DNA from: the human T2T-CHM13v2.0 reference genome, Homo sapiens
Assembly: GCF_009914755.1 (NCBI RefSeq)
Contig: NC_060936.1
Reading direction: 5' to 3' (one strand)
Length of the DNA: 64,000 nucleotides
In this document: piece by piece, positions 1-12,300 of the stretch
Layout: each line of letters opens with the position of its first letter
Numbering within the stretch: the stretch's first letter is position 1
The notes under the pieces: generated by a model
Seen by the model: the letters and a program-made list of their open reading frames with translations, nothing else
Told to the model about the DNA's origin: nothing
The model's database searches: none
Program-made: the position numbers and the translations under genes

Positions 1-1579
1 ATTCTCATGACATATCTTCCTCAATTATTTTCTATAATGACTAGAATAAATAAGTAGATATGAAATTAGAGTTTGGTATGTTTATGCTCCCAACATTAAG
101 AATGTATTCCTATGACATTCATTATACGAAGCTGTGAACTCTAATCTCCACAGGCAGGTAACAAATCAGTAGGTAAGTCTCTGTATTGTCTGAAAATTCT
201 GATTCTTTAATTTTTATTTTTAATATTGAATAAAAATCTGCTTCTGTAAAACTTCTACTCACTAGGAGGATTCTGTCATCTTGTAGTTGAAACAAGTAAA
301 TACCATTCTTTTTCTTCAACATGGCCCTTCAAATGTGCCACTAGTGACCCTCAACACTGAGTTTAGACATCCACCTCTCCATCCACGGTGCCTATGAGAC
401 CTAATTTCCAGATTCTTTATCTCCATGGTCATCCTTCTCTAGATGTTCTTGAATGCCTTTCTTAAAATGCCAAGAACCAGACTCAATGCTTCAGAGTGGT
501 CTACCAGAATGGAAGTAGACACAGTGAGATTTCCAGAGTATATATTTTGGACATTGAAGTCTGCCTTATTTATATTTAATGTGCACTCATATTTTGATGG
601 AAGACCACATCACACTCATTCTACAGATAGAGAACTGGGTGAGAAAATGCATTTTATAGTGATTCTGGTGTTCTGTGTGAACAAACAATGCATTTACTGT
701 TACAGAAGGTTCTCTTAGCAAGGCTTACCTCTATTTTATTGGGTTGGTCATTTCCCTTGTATAGCATATTCTCTCCCAACTACCACAATATTCATTCTTT
801 GCCCTTTTTTGGCCCTTCTTCAAGTCCTGGGAAGCTGACCTCTGGGGAATGCATTAATCAAATGCCCTTGTCTTTTGGTCTGAAGTAGATGCAACCACAC
901 AAGACACAGGCAGGAAATTAAGAGGTGGAACTACCCAGCTCTCCCATGGCTCTGAGACCCTCAAATTCTTCTAGACCTTTGTGGGACTGGGTGCTTCACA
1001 GTGCCTTGTTGGGTTCCCATGCCCCTTTGCAAATAGAGGTTTCAATAAAGTCTCCTCCATGAAACCCCTTTGTGAGTGGCATCTCTTTTCTGATGAAATC
1101 CTGACTGATAGACTGAACATTATGATAGAGTAGAGAGATAAGAGAAAATCAAAATAAACATACAGATAAGGACACAGCATGCATAATCCTAAAGATAAAG
1201 CAAGAAACATATATATGAAGATAGAATTATATTTCGCTAAATGAAATATGAATAATTATCTTTTTTTCACTTGATTCCAATCTTTGAGACTTTAGAACAT
1301 CATTCACACCTCTCTTAGAAAATGCATGAAAACAAACAAAAGAAACAAAGAAATAAAATAATACTAGGATCAATCCATTTTGTGTTTTGTTCCACTATTA
1401 AAATACAATTTAATTTGAAAGACAATTTTTATTCCTGAAAACGTGAGAGAGAATTAAGATCTAAAGTATTTTTATGAAGAAAATACCTAAGATATATGGG
1501 GTATATGTATTAAAAAAGTCAGGTAAATTGTTAGTGGTTAATAAATATGATGCTTTGCTTCCCTACCACTGCTAAAAAG

Positions 1580-1955
1580 GTAAACTATCGCAAGAACAAA
1601 AAACCAAACACCGCATATTCTCACTCATACGTGGGAATTGAACAATGAGATCACATGGACACAGGAAGGGGAATATCACACTCTGGGGACTGTGGTGGGG
1701 TCGGGGGAAGGGGAAGGGATAGCATTGGGAGATATACCTAATGCTAGATGACACGTTAGTGGGTGCAGCGCACCAGCATGGCACATGTATACATATGTAA
1801 CTAACCTGCACAATGTGCACATGTACCCTAAAACTTAGAGTATAATAAAAAAAAAATTAAAAAAAAAAGAAGCATAATTCAAAAAAAAAAGAAAAAGAAA
1901 AACAGTGTTTGGGGCAGAATTAATAAAAAAAAAGTAAAAAAAAAAAAAAAAAGGT
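1580..1955 (+). mobile_element. L1HS pre-Ta, 5'-truncated, with 3' transduced tail
   Basis: L1 3' end with diagnostic ACG (1753-1755) and G (1838, CTTAGAGTATAAT); poly(A); TSD AAAAAGGT at 1574-1581 and 1948-1955. Confidence 0.93.
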
Positions 1956-2078
1956 GAAGTTAATAAACACTAATGTGCTTCTTTGTTGGTACATAGTACT
2001 CTTGGCCTTATCTAGGTAGTGTTTTGAAAAATACCTTGAGTCTTATCTTATTGTGAGTTAAAAAAAAATAGTTCTTAC

Positions 2079-2191
2079 GTGAAGGTTCTTCAGGTTCTTA
2101 AAGTCTCCATCTTTGATTTCGGTTATTTTGTTGTTTTGCAGGTCTAGCAGAGTTGTGTCAGGGGGAAGATCCTTTGGCACTTTGTCCAGAC
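2079..2191 (-). CDS. DCN: Decorin exon 3 (113 nt; first leucine-rich repeats)
   Basis: Encodes [38 protein letters not shown]; acceptor cttatgctAG|GT at 2192/2191, donor CAC|GTAAGA at 2079/2078; 211+113=324 nt keeps frame with exon 2. Confidence 0.99.
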
Positions 2192-4921
2192 CTAGCATAA
2201 GAGTAATAGGAGTGTGCTGTGAGTAGAAAGGACATGTGGCTACAGAATCACACAGCATATATTTACCAAGAAATTAATGTTATGATGATCATCTTAACAG
2301 TAACAACATATTTTTCTTCTTCTAAGAATTACATTCATTGTAGGGTAAAATTTTTGCTTTATCTTTTGCAACCAAGTCAAATGACTTTTTGTATTTAATA
2401 ATAAACTCAACATGATATTTTCCTCATGGAATTATTCCTCTGCATTAGGGGAACATTTGTGTTGCATTAGGGTGTGGCTCAAATCTATATGTTTTACCTC
2501 TTTGTTGTTGTATTGAAAAGTAGTTATTTTGATAAGTAGTCAGCACGAGTGATTGGCAAATTTATACATTTTTACATAAATACCGTGTCAATAATTACTC
2601 TAGCCAAATCATCAGTAATAAAGATCTTTTTGATACACCTAACCCTGTCACAGATCTACAGTTAAAATCATATAAACATATAATCAACTTGTGGCAGGAT
2701 CTTGAAAATTTATCCAACATTTTGGGATAACGGTTCTTTTAGTTTTCATTGGAATGCCAAAACAATATCCATTTCAGTTGATATTTTATGACCAATAGAT
2801 ATATGGCTAGTTAGAATGAAATAAATTGGGTAGTATGACATATCTGAAATTAATTTTATGAAGCATTACTTTTGGACTTTAGATTTTGGTCTAGCTGAGT
2901 GTATTATTGTTTTTAGTTTGTAAATGTAAATTCATTGAATTACCAAATGGTCCTGGTATTAAAAAATATTTTAGTAGTCATTCAGCTAGTCATATAAGGA
3001 TGAACCAGAATTATACAAAAGGCAGTTATTTTTGAATAAATCATCATGAATCATAATAGAGAAAATTATTAAATAAGGCCTTTTGCCTTTCTTTTTTTCA
3101 TTGTTTCATATTGAAGTAGGACATCAAGTAAAAATTTGATATTCTATTAACTCAAATTAATGTGATCATTTCTGTATTTTAAGACTGCATAACACAAATC
3201 AGAAATATTTTTTAGCCTTTGGTAGAAGCAATCTCTCCATCATATCTGAAACTTGAAGTACTGAAGATTATTTTTTCATAAATTCAACAAGCCTTTATTG
3301 AATACCTCTTGGGCACCATGAATTTATTAGATCCTGGGAATATAGCAGGACCAAGGCAGATATTGCCCGTGACTTCATAAAAATATAATTCAGTTTACTG
3401 TTTTCAATTAAAATAAAATTACAACAGGGTATAATAACCGCTATGTCGAGAAAATCACTTTTCAATTTTGAGTTTTATGTAAACATACTTGTAAACCACC
3501 ATGGTAGCCATACTTTGACTGTCTTCATTTCTTCCATGAAAGTTACAGAAAACGTACCTGAAGCTACCTATTTCTGAGTCTTTTCCAAATATTTTTTTAT
3601 TTATAATATCACTGCTCCATTGATAGTTGGGGTTGCAGGTGGAATCTTGTTCTTAATTCAGTGACCACCTATCTTTATAAGTTTAAGTATCAAAATACAA
3701 GTAATTCTGAACTTACATAAATATGTTACATAAATGTGTAACTCTTATAGACACAGTTCCCATAGAAATAACAAGAGTTAAGTGTTTTCAGTGATGAACG
3801 GTAAAACACCAGAACAGCTACCTTGTAGGAGGTTGCTTAATGACACTGTACAGTTGTAATCACTGCCATTTTCGGAAATGTCAATTTGCTAATTTCATGC
3901 AATTAGGAATGGTAGATTTCTGCCAAATCTTTGTTAATTGGTGTTCTCCAACCCAGAAAAGACAAACTTCTTTTCATTTGGAACGTAGTTACTACATTTT
4001 ATCATTCCTTCTTGGGCACCTTCATCACAGTCCTAATTTCCACTTACGCTTGCTTTTATTCATTGGCGAACTTAAATTCTAGTGACTCTCAACATTTTGT
4101 CAATGCGAAACTGCAGATAAAATTTCAAATGTGTAGGGAAAGAATGATGTGTCTGGATGGCTGACACTTTCACTTATGTTGTCATCCTAAAATTTTATAA
4201 CACTAGGAACTACTTAAGGTAATTTATATACATCTTATTTCTAGAGATTCAGAAAAAAGGAATACCATCCTCAGGATTCTAATTCTTGTAGTTTAGTTCT
4301 TGGAGAGTCATTTCAATGATTAAAATTATAGTTCTACAACCTGCTCTGAATTAGTAAATTTATGTTTATTGGGGGGATTTCACATATTTTTTATTAATAA
4401 TTTAGTTTTAGAGTTTATTTTTAAAAATGAAAATATGTTATTATTTACCTTACAATAACCCAATGAGATAGGTAAGGCAGTATGGTAATCTCATACTTTC
4501 AATTATTTTAAAAAGTTTCATAACATGAACAAGCTTATCTAGTTAGGAATGACAAAATGTGGATTAGATGACAACTCTCCTGGCTTCCAGCATGACTTTT
4601 TTTTCTGGCATACCTATCTGTATCCCCTGAAATAATTGTTCTGACATCAGACCCAGTAATATGCTGTACCTGTAAGGGGTAGATAAGGCATTGGAGTGTT
4701 AACTAGCTTGCTCAAAGACAAGAGACAGAGTATAATGAAGAATTTACTCTAGTTATTATGAGTTCTCTGAATGTCACAAAGGGAAGGGTCCTTAAATATC
4801 AGCTAATCTATGGTTCCCAAATGCTGATTAGGTAGACTCTATGATGAGGTTTTTAGCAATCCATATCAAAATAAAAAAAAAACAATAAAAGCAGTGTGGT
4901 TAGTTTTAATGTAAATTATCT

Positions 4922-4973
4922 CAGACACACACACACAGACAGACAGACACACACACACACACACACACACACA
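4922..4973. repeat. (CA)n/(CAGA)n microsatellite
   Basis: Direct reading. Confidence 0.95.
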
Positions 4974-5149
4974 ATTTCTGAGACCATCTGAGACCATTTC
5001 CTGCCTTCACTTCCATTTCTACTTTTAAATACACCTTCTTTAAAAAATGATTATGATAGCAGATGGCAGGCTCTTCTTTTGTTAGGTTTGGTATTGACTT
5101 TAATGAGAAATTAACTCGTTCAACATTCAAAATTTTACTTATCCCAGAA

Positions 5150-5290
5150 ATCAGAGAATTTTAAGGCAGTCTAATCTTCTCATTTCATAGGTAAGGAAAC
5201 AGAAACCCAAAGAAGTTAAATAGCTTATCTAAGGTGCCTCATGGCTAAAGTAGATCAAGAACCAGGATAGTTTGAGTCCTCACTCCAGAA
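5150..5290. mobile_element. MIR fragment
   Basis: ctcatttcataggtaaggaaacagaaacccaaagaagttaaatagcttatctaaggt resembles the MIR core. Confidence 0.6.
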
Positions 5291-5295
5291 CTATG

Positions 5296-5604
5296 TTTTT
5301 TGTTTTTGTTTTTGTTTTTGTTTTTTTGTTTGAGACAAGAGTCTTGCTCTGTCGCTCAGCCTGGAATGCAATGGCATCATCTCAGCTCACTTTAACCTCC
5401 GCCTCCCGATTCAAGCGATTCTCCTGCCTCAGTAGCTGGGACTACAGGCGTTTGCCACCAGTGCCTGGCTAATTTTTTGTATTTTTAGTAAAGATGGAGT
5501 TTCACCGTGTTAGCCAGGATGGTCTCGATCTCCTGACCTCATGATCCACCAGCCTCGGCCTCCCAAAGTGCTGGGATTACAGGTGTGAGCCACCGTGCCT
5601 AGCC
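5296..5604 (-). mobile_element. AluS with (TTTTTG)n tail
   Basis: Reverse-complement Alu dimer ending cccaaagtgctgggattacaggtgtgagccaccgtgcctagcc. Confidence 0.95.
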
Positions 5605-6584
5605 GTGGTGTGCCATTTATGCATGTGATCATTGTGCATATTTTCTAATGCTGATCTACAGCTATTCCGTGAGCATATTACACTCATTCCTAGCTACTCA
5701 ATTTTTGTTCATGCAATGCATATTTTATGTAAAACTCCACTTATTCATTTATTTCTATTTCCATTCTAACAATCCCTTGAAGCATATCCGTTATCCCTCT
5801 CCTCTGTAATATTCATGCTGACCACCCCTGTATAACAGTAATCTTGCACCTCTAAACTTCTTACAGGCCATAGATGTATAAGTTTAAACTATACTGTCCT
5901 GCATTTCAGGGTCTTTGTTTGTTTTGTTAGTTTATTTATTTTTTTCCTGAGTAAGGAGGACTAATTACTGTTTCTCATCAGCATTTTGCTCTGGCTGCTT
6001 TGAAAACAAGAAGTGCCTTTCTGATTAATTAATTTTAAAGTCTATCTGCCTTGCTGTCCCATGATGAAAAGTTTATGAGTATGGCTTTGAGATCATTTCT
6101 GCCATGTTCTGTTATAACCATCTCCCTATAACCTGCTATCATAGGAGTTTTTATTTTCCTCAGAAGTATTAGGATACAACTGGTTATAATAATTATATTT
6201 TTTCCTGTTTCCAGGAATATTTTATAAATGAATGCTACTTACTATCAAATATGTCATTCCCATTATCTGCACCTGAAAATTGCTCTTACTTTCTTCAGTG
6301 TCTTTGCCATATTTGTGAAGCACCTTTTGTCACATACATATCTCAAGAAGACTGATTTTTCTGTCTAATAGAGTGACTACTCCAGCAGTAAGAGTTTCTC
6401 TACATGGCATATATTTCTCCTGGAAAAGCATCAGTTAGAAGCTTCTAAATGAAGAAACAAATCCCCATTCATAGATTTGTATTTTCAAAAACAAACAATC
6501 CTGAATCTGATTAATCCTCTAAATTCCAAAAGAAAATGAAGAAATTGTGAATCTGTAGTGTAAAGGAGAGTTAAGAGATGTTTT

Positions 6585-6846
6585 AGCTGGGTGCTGTGGC
6601 TCTTGCCTCTAATTCCAGAACTTTTGGAATCTCAGACAGGTGGATTGCTTGAGCCTCTGAGTTCAAGACCAGCCTGGGCAACATAGCAAGACCCCATCTT
6701 TACAAAAAATTAGCTGAGCATGGTGGCACAAGCCTGTAGTCCCATCTACTCGGGAAGGAGGATCCCCTGAGCCTGGGGAGGTTGAGGCTACAGTGAGCTG
6801 TGATCATGCCACTGCACTCCAGCCTAGGCAACAGGGGGAGATCCTG

Positions 6847-6880
<34 letters not shown>
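6585..6880 (+). mobile_element. AluJ
   Basis: Alu dimer with J-type ggaggatc...gaggctacagtgagctgtgatcatgcc and a long A tail. Confidence 0.92.
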
Positions 6881-7258
6881 AAAAAACAGAAGCTATTTTT
6901 AAAAAAAGCAATGTATGTACTTCATCTGGATCCTGACTCATATAAATAAGCTATAAACTATGGCTATTTTATTTGAGAGCTTTATTTTTCAGAGAAACAT
7001 ACTGGTAAGTGTATTGTTAGATAAAATCATATATCTGGAATTTGCTTCAAAATGATATGGAAGTGGGTGGAGATAGAAAAATAACGGCATTAGTTGACAC
7101 TGGTTGAAGCTCTGTGGTGGGTACCCAATGGGGTCATTTTATTCTGCAGAATTTTCATATTTAAACATGCTCCTATAATAACATTTTTTTATAAGACTGT
7201 TATGTGAATTTCAATTCTGGTTCCTCTTCTTTATCTTTAAGATTAGAAGACATATTGA

Positions 7259-7566
<308 letters not shown>

Positions 7567-8919
7567 TTAGAAGACATATTGTTTAAACCCTCTGTCCTCA
7601 GTTTTCTTAAGTCTTTCACAGAATTTTTGTGAGAATTCAATAAGCTATGCTACAAAATAATCTCCTACCATAGTGCATAGCAGCGTCTCAAGTATTGCTA
7701 CCTATGATTATTATTAATAAGCAAAATAGAGGGTGTTGCTCTCATTATCCTTCTGAATAGTCTTTCTGATTATTCATCTGTAACTCTTTCTTTTCTGTAC
7801 AATTACTATGCATATTATCCTAGAGGCTGAAATCTGTTTTTCAGGTATGTCAAGCACAAGGTGTTCATCTAAAGATCTTGGTCCTGAAATGTTTTTGTCT
7901 TGACAGTTATTTCCTGGTCTTTCTGCATTCATCATTGTTCCCATGAAGTTCAGGGCCTTTGGGGTGCTTGTCTACCAAGTTCAGGGCTTTTGGATAAGCC
8001 TTCAGTTTAGGAAGCACATGATCCCCAATGAGTAATTAGACTCCTCAAAAACTGCTCCTGGTCAATTTAACCCTATTTTAATGGTAGCAAATGCTACACT
8101 CTTTTGCAAATCTATAAAATATTACTCTTTGTTTGTACATCATTAGAGTCAGAATGGCTCGGGTTAAAATCAACTTGGCTGTTAAGGAGAGATGACCGGA
8201 ATCTGTAAGTTAGCATTCCTCAGGCTCCATTTCCTCATCTGAAAACACCAAGCCGGAAGTAAATTGTGGTAGAAATACACGAGGACCAGAGATTATTTTT
8301 GATAATTGCAAAAAGCTTATTTGAACTAAACCTAATCTTCAAAAAATATAAAAACAGATAGTATTCTATGAAACAGTTATCCTACCTTAATTTTTTTAAC
8401 TTTTAAATAAACAAATTTAAATTCTGCCTTTAAGCCTATGATTGTATTAATTGTATGTGATTTTTAACTAAATAATTCCTATTGATACTGATGAATTTTA
8501 TGGTTATTCATAAAATGATATAAAAAGTAAAATGTTAGCATTTTAAATTATATGTATCAATTAGCCAGGTTCAATTTATGTCCAAAAAATGTTCCATAAT
8601 GAAAACAAAGTCATTAAGGTACGACTTAATACTTTTCTCACAATCTTAAGTAGAAGAATTAAGTAACTATGAAGTTAATTTGTAAATTAATTTAATTATA
8701 ATTATTTAACATCTTAATGTAGTTTGTAATCATTAAATAATGACCTTCATGGGGGACATGTAATATCTGTGGGCTTTCTCTACATAATACATAATTATGC
8801 TCAAACTTCTCATTAGAAATGTATATAAATGTAAGTAAATATGTAGATGATTATATTTTTCAAAGATGGCATACATTAAATTTTCTATCCTGCATGCTCT
8901 TCTACAATATGCATTTATC

Positions 8920-9393
8920 CCAATACCATTAGGAGGTAGCATCTAATTCCTCTCTCTTCCCTTTGAATTCAGGATGGCCTTGTGATGCCTCTAGGAATCA
9001 ATAGCCTGAAACACCATAACATTTGAGACTAGGTCAGAAAAGGTTGTACAGCTGCTACCCAATTCTGGGATGCTTGCTCTGGGACAGCCAGGGGCCATAG
9101 GAAAAAAGAGAGGCTGTCTGAGGCAATCCAGAGGATACAACAGCCAAGCTTGTGGGCGACAGCAGCAGCAACTGTCAGTTATGAGAGTGAACAGGTGTCC
9201 AGCCCAGGCTAGCCTTCTTAAGATTATAAATCCCGGGTAACATTTGACTACAAATGCAAGAGTGACCCCAAGTGAGAACAGCCCTTCAGAGCCCTTCCCA
9301 AATTTTCCATACCTCAAGTTGTGAGCAAATTAAATTTTTTTTTAAGCCACCATGTTTTGGGGTAAAATTCACTCAGCTGTAGTAACAGGAGCA
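8920..9393 (+). mobile_element. MLT1-type MaLR solo LTR
   Basis: Typical 3' end tttaagccaccatgttttggggtaaaattcactcagctgtagtaacaggagca; GC-richer than the flanks. Confidence 0.65.
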
Positions 9394-12300
9394 TAGTGGT
9401 TTCCTACATTTATTTTTCATTGAGCAGCCTTATTTAACATAATTCTAAATTTTCCACTAAAACACACTATTTTCAAGGTAGCCTGGATTAGACATTTGCT
9501 CTCCCAGTTTTTGTAAGGAGGTTTATCTTCTTTAAAATCAAGTTATTTATTAAAGCAAATAAGATACTACTTAAGATATTACCAAAAAAATCATTTCTGA
9601 ATAAAGACTAGTAAGAAATAGACTTCTTTTTTTTTTTATTTCCCTTCTTTTGGTTATCCCAATGATGAATAGTATTGTTATGCTAGAAAATGTCAGCAAT
9701 CTGGTAAACATCATGTTGGACAAAGGCCAGGTTGTCTTAAAACATCATGCTTTTTTTCTGCCATGTGGCAGGAGTCCAAATTCTAAGATTTATTCTTATT
9801 GACTTTCAACAATTTTTTTTTATAATTCTGTATTCAACTTCATAATTGGGACATTGGTGGTGTACTTCAGTTTTTGGGCAAATGACCAAAATAATATTTA
9901 GGAGCTCCAGCCCCACCAAAAACTTTTCTGCTCAAGGCAAGCATGTTCCCCTTTTTCCATCTTAAAAATGGCAATCTGACTGCGTTATCAGTTAGACCAG
10001 GCTTCATACATAGATGATTCTTCTCTTTAATTCTATTCTCTTTCCAGTCAAACTCAAGGAATTTCTAAGCTTCCTGGTTTTACAGTTGTCCTTAAAGGGA
10101 AGGAGCAAGGATGCACTGAGAAATCACTTTTGTTTCTCAATCAGGCATGTTCCCTTCTCTTTGCAGCTTGCTAGAGTCAAGAATATTGTAGAATATTCAT
10201 CCAAGCATTAATTCAAGAACCAAGCCATGCATATGTTCGTGTATTCATTCATCAATCGTTCAGTGATGTGTAAAGAGTCTACAAAGTATAAGGCAGTTTG
10301 TTGTGTAGAGGTTGTACGAAGATAAATTATTGCAATACTTCTTTTCTAGTGAAAAAAAATAAAATAGATATATAAAAAGATAAAAGATATTGTATAATCA
10401 CAGATATGTATATATAATTGATTATTATAGAATAATCAAAGCAAATGTAGATTACAGTAAAAAAGGCAGAAGTAGGCAAGCTACAGAAGTTAAAGCAGTC
10501 CACAGACTAAGTCAAGAGTAACTGAGTCTTTACTGTTACAGTATATATGCTAAGGGCTTTCTCTTTTTATTAAGACTGAATTGCAGACTCATTTTTTTTT
10601 TAATTTTTGAGGAACTATGTAATCTTTTTCCACTCTTTTGAAGGAGAAAAGTTAAGATTAGAGGGTCTCATGGTTTTCCTCTTTTACCCAGGGAATTGAT
10701 ATTTTAGCTAACCAATTCCCACCATATCCCCTGGAGCTAGGGATGTTCTTCCAAAGGAAAATGAATCACAGCTGCAATCTCACAAAATGCCTTGATCCCA
10801 CACAGCTGCCTCTCTCTCCCTCCTGGGGACCAAGAAGGAAACAAGGGCTATGTTAGTTGTCATTCAGGTCAGGGAGACAGACGCTCCCTTTGACCTTCTT
10901 GACTCCCTCTCTTCCTCCTCTCCATCTTTAACCCCTGGATTCAGGAGACTTGTTTAACCAGGTCACATTGAGCATTACTCTTGCTTCATCTGAAGATCAC
11001 CCATACTCCACTCCTACCCAATGTCAATTTAGGCAATCCAGTGGTCATACTCTGTGCACAGCCTCCTTCCCATATCATGTTTTGGAAACACCCTTTTGGT
11101 GCATTCGAAACTCTGAATGAGGAGCACCTCACACCCCTGCTGCTGCAGAGCCAGACATAAATGATAAAGGCAACTGAGCCTCTAGCATTCTGTCTGTTCC
11201 TCTACAAAATAGTCCTAATTTATTTTTCTGGGTTGATTTCATGGGAGAAGTCTAATGGTTCATTTACCTCTTGTATAAGGTCTGCTTCTGGAAAACCAGT
11301 TTCTCCAGCCAAGCGAGAAGCTGTAGTACAATATGTCCCAAGTGGTAACTTCTGACAAAATTTTTCACCAGTTCAAGAAAAATGATTATGAAGAAGAAGC
11401 AACTACATAATTTAAAAGGTTGTACTTTTTCTGATATTTTTAAAAATTAAAACATTATTTGCATTATAAGGTACATTATTAGAAACCAGTAGTTATTTGC
11501 AATGCTTCTATATGGCAAAATTAAATGTGTTTCATCTTCTGGCACCATTTCTAGAGGGCTAAGTGTGTGGGGGTATGAATCACTTATGATTATAAAATAG
11601 CCAAATACTTCATTGTTCTCAAATCAAACAAACTCATTTTGTTCAAAGGAATATTGGTTTGGAGAACATTCAATTGCCTAGTAAATGCACAATTTTTTTT
11701 GTTCTTGTCTATTTACATTTGGAGATGATGTGGTCCTCTTTAGAGAGGTGGAGAGAGATGGTACTATTTTGTGTCTAGCTTGACAACCCATATACTTATT
11801 AGAGACTCTTAATAAGTCTCTAATAAGACTCTAAATAAGTCTCTAATAAGTATATGGCTTATTTTCAATGAGTATAATATGATATAATATGAATTGAGAA
11901 TAATAAGTATAAGTCATTGAGAGTCTCTAATAAGTATATGGCCTATACCTATTATTCTCATTAATACATAAAAATAAAAGGAAATATCAGAAACAGCCTC
12001 ATGTTCTTAGCCAACTTTGCCTGAAATGGTAAGTGAAATGTAAGTTACTATAATAAACATTTGTGCATATATTTTTCTATTCTTACCCAGTGAAATAAGA
12101 TATATTTCCATTTATCAAATGAGGAAACAAAGTTTTGAAAGTTTCAAGGTTACAGGTAGTAAACAGCAAAGCAGAATTTGAGATCAGAGGTGTTTAACTG
12201 CACAGCCCAAGTTCTTTCCACTATTAAATAGTTTTAAGAGGCATTTTAACTCTTCTGAAATTTGTTTATAAGAAATACATCAAGAATTATTATTTTAATT

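Noticed and set aside
2192-2258. N-terminal part of the 66-aa ORF 2058-2258
   Set aside because: Intronic sequence upstream of the exon 3 acceptor.
11788-11962. CRISPR-like or other repeat-spacer array
   Set aside because: Repeats are irregular and partly inverted with no unique spacers; the context is a human intron.
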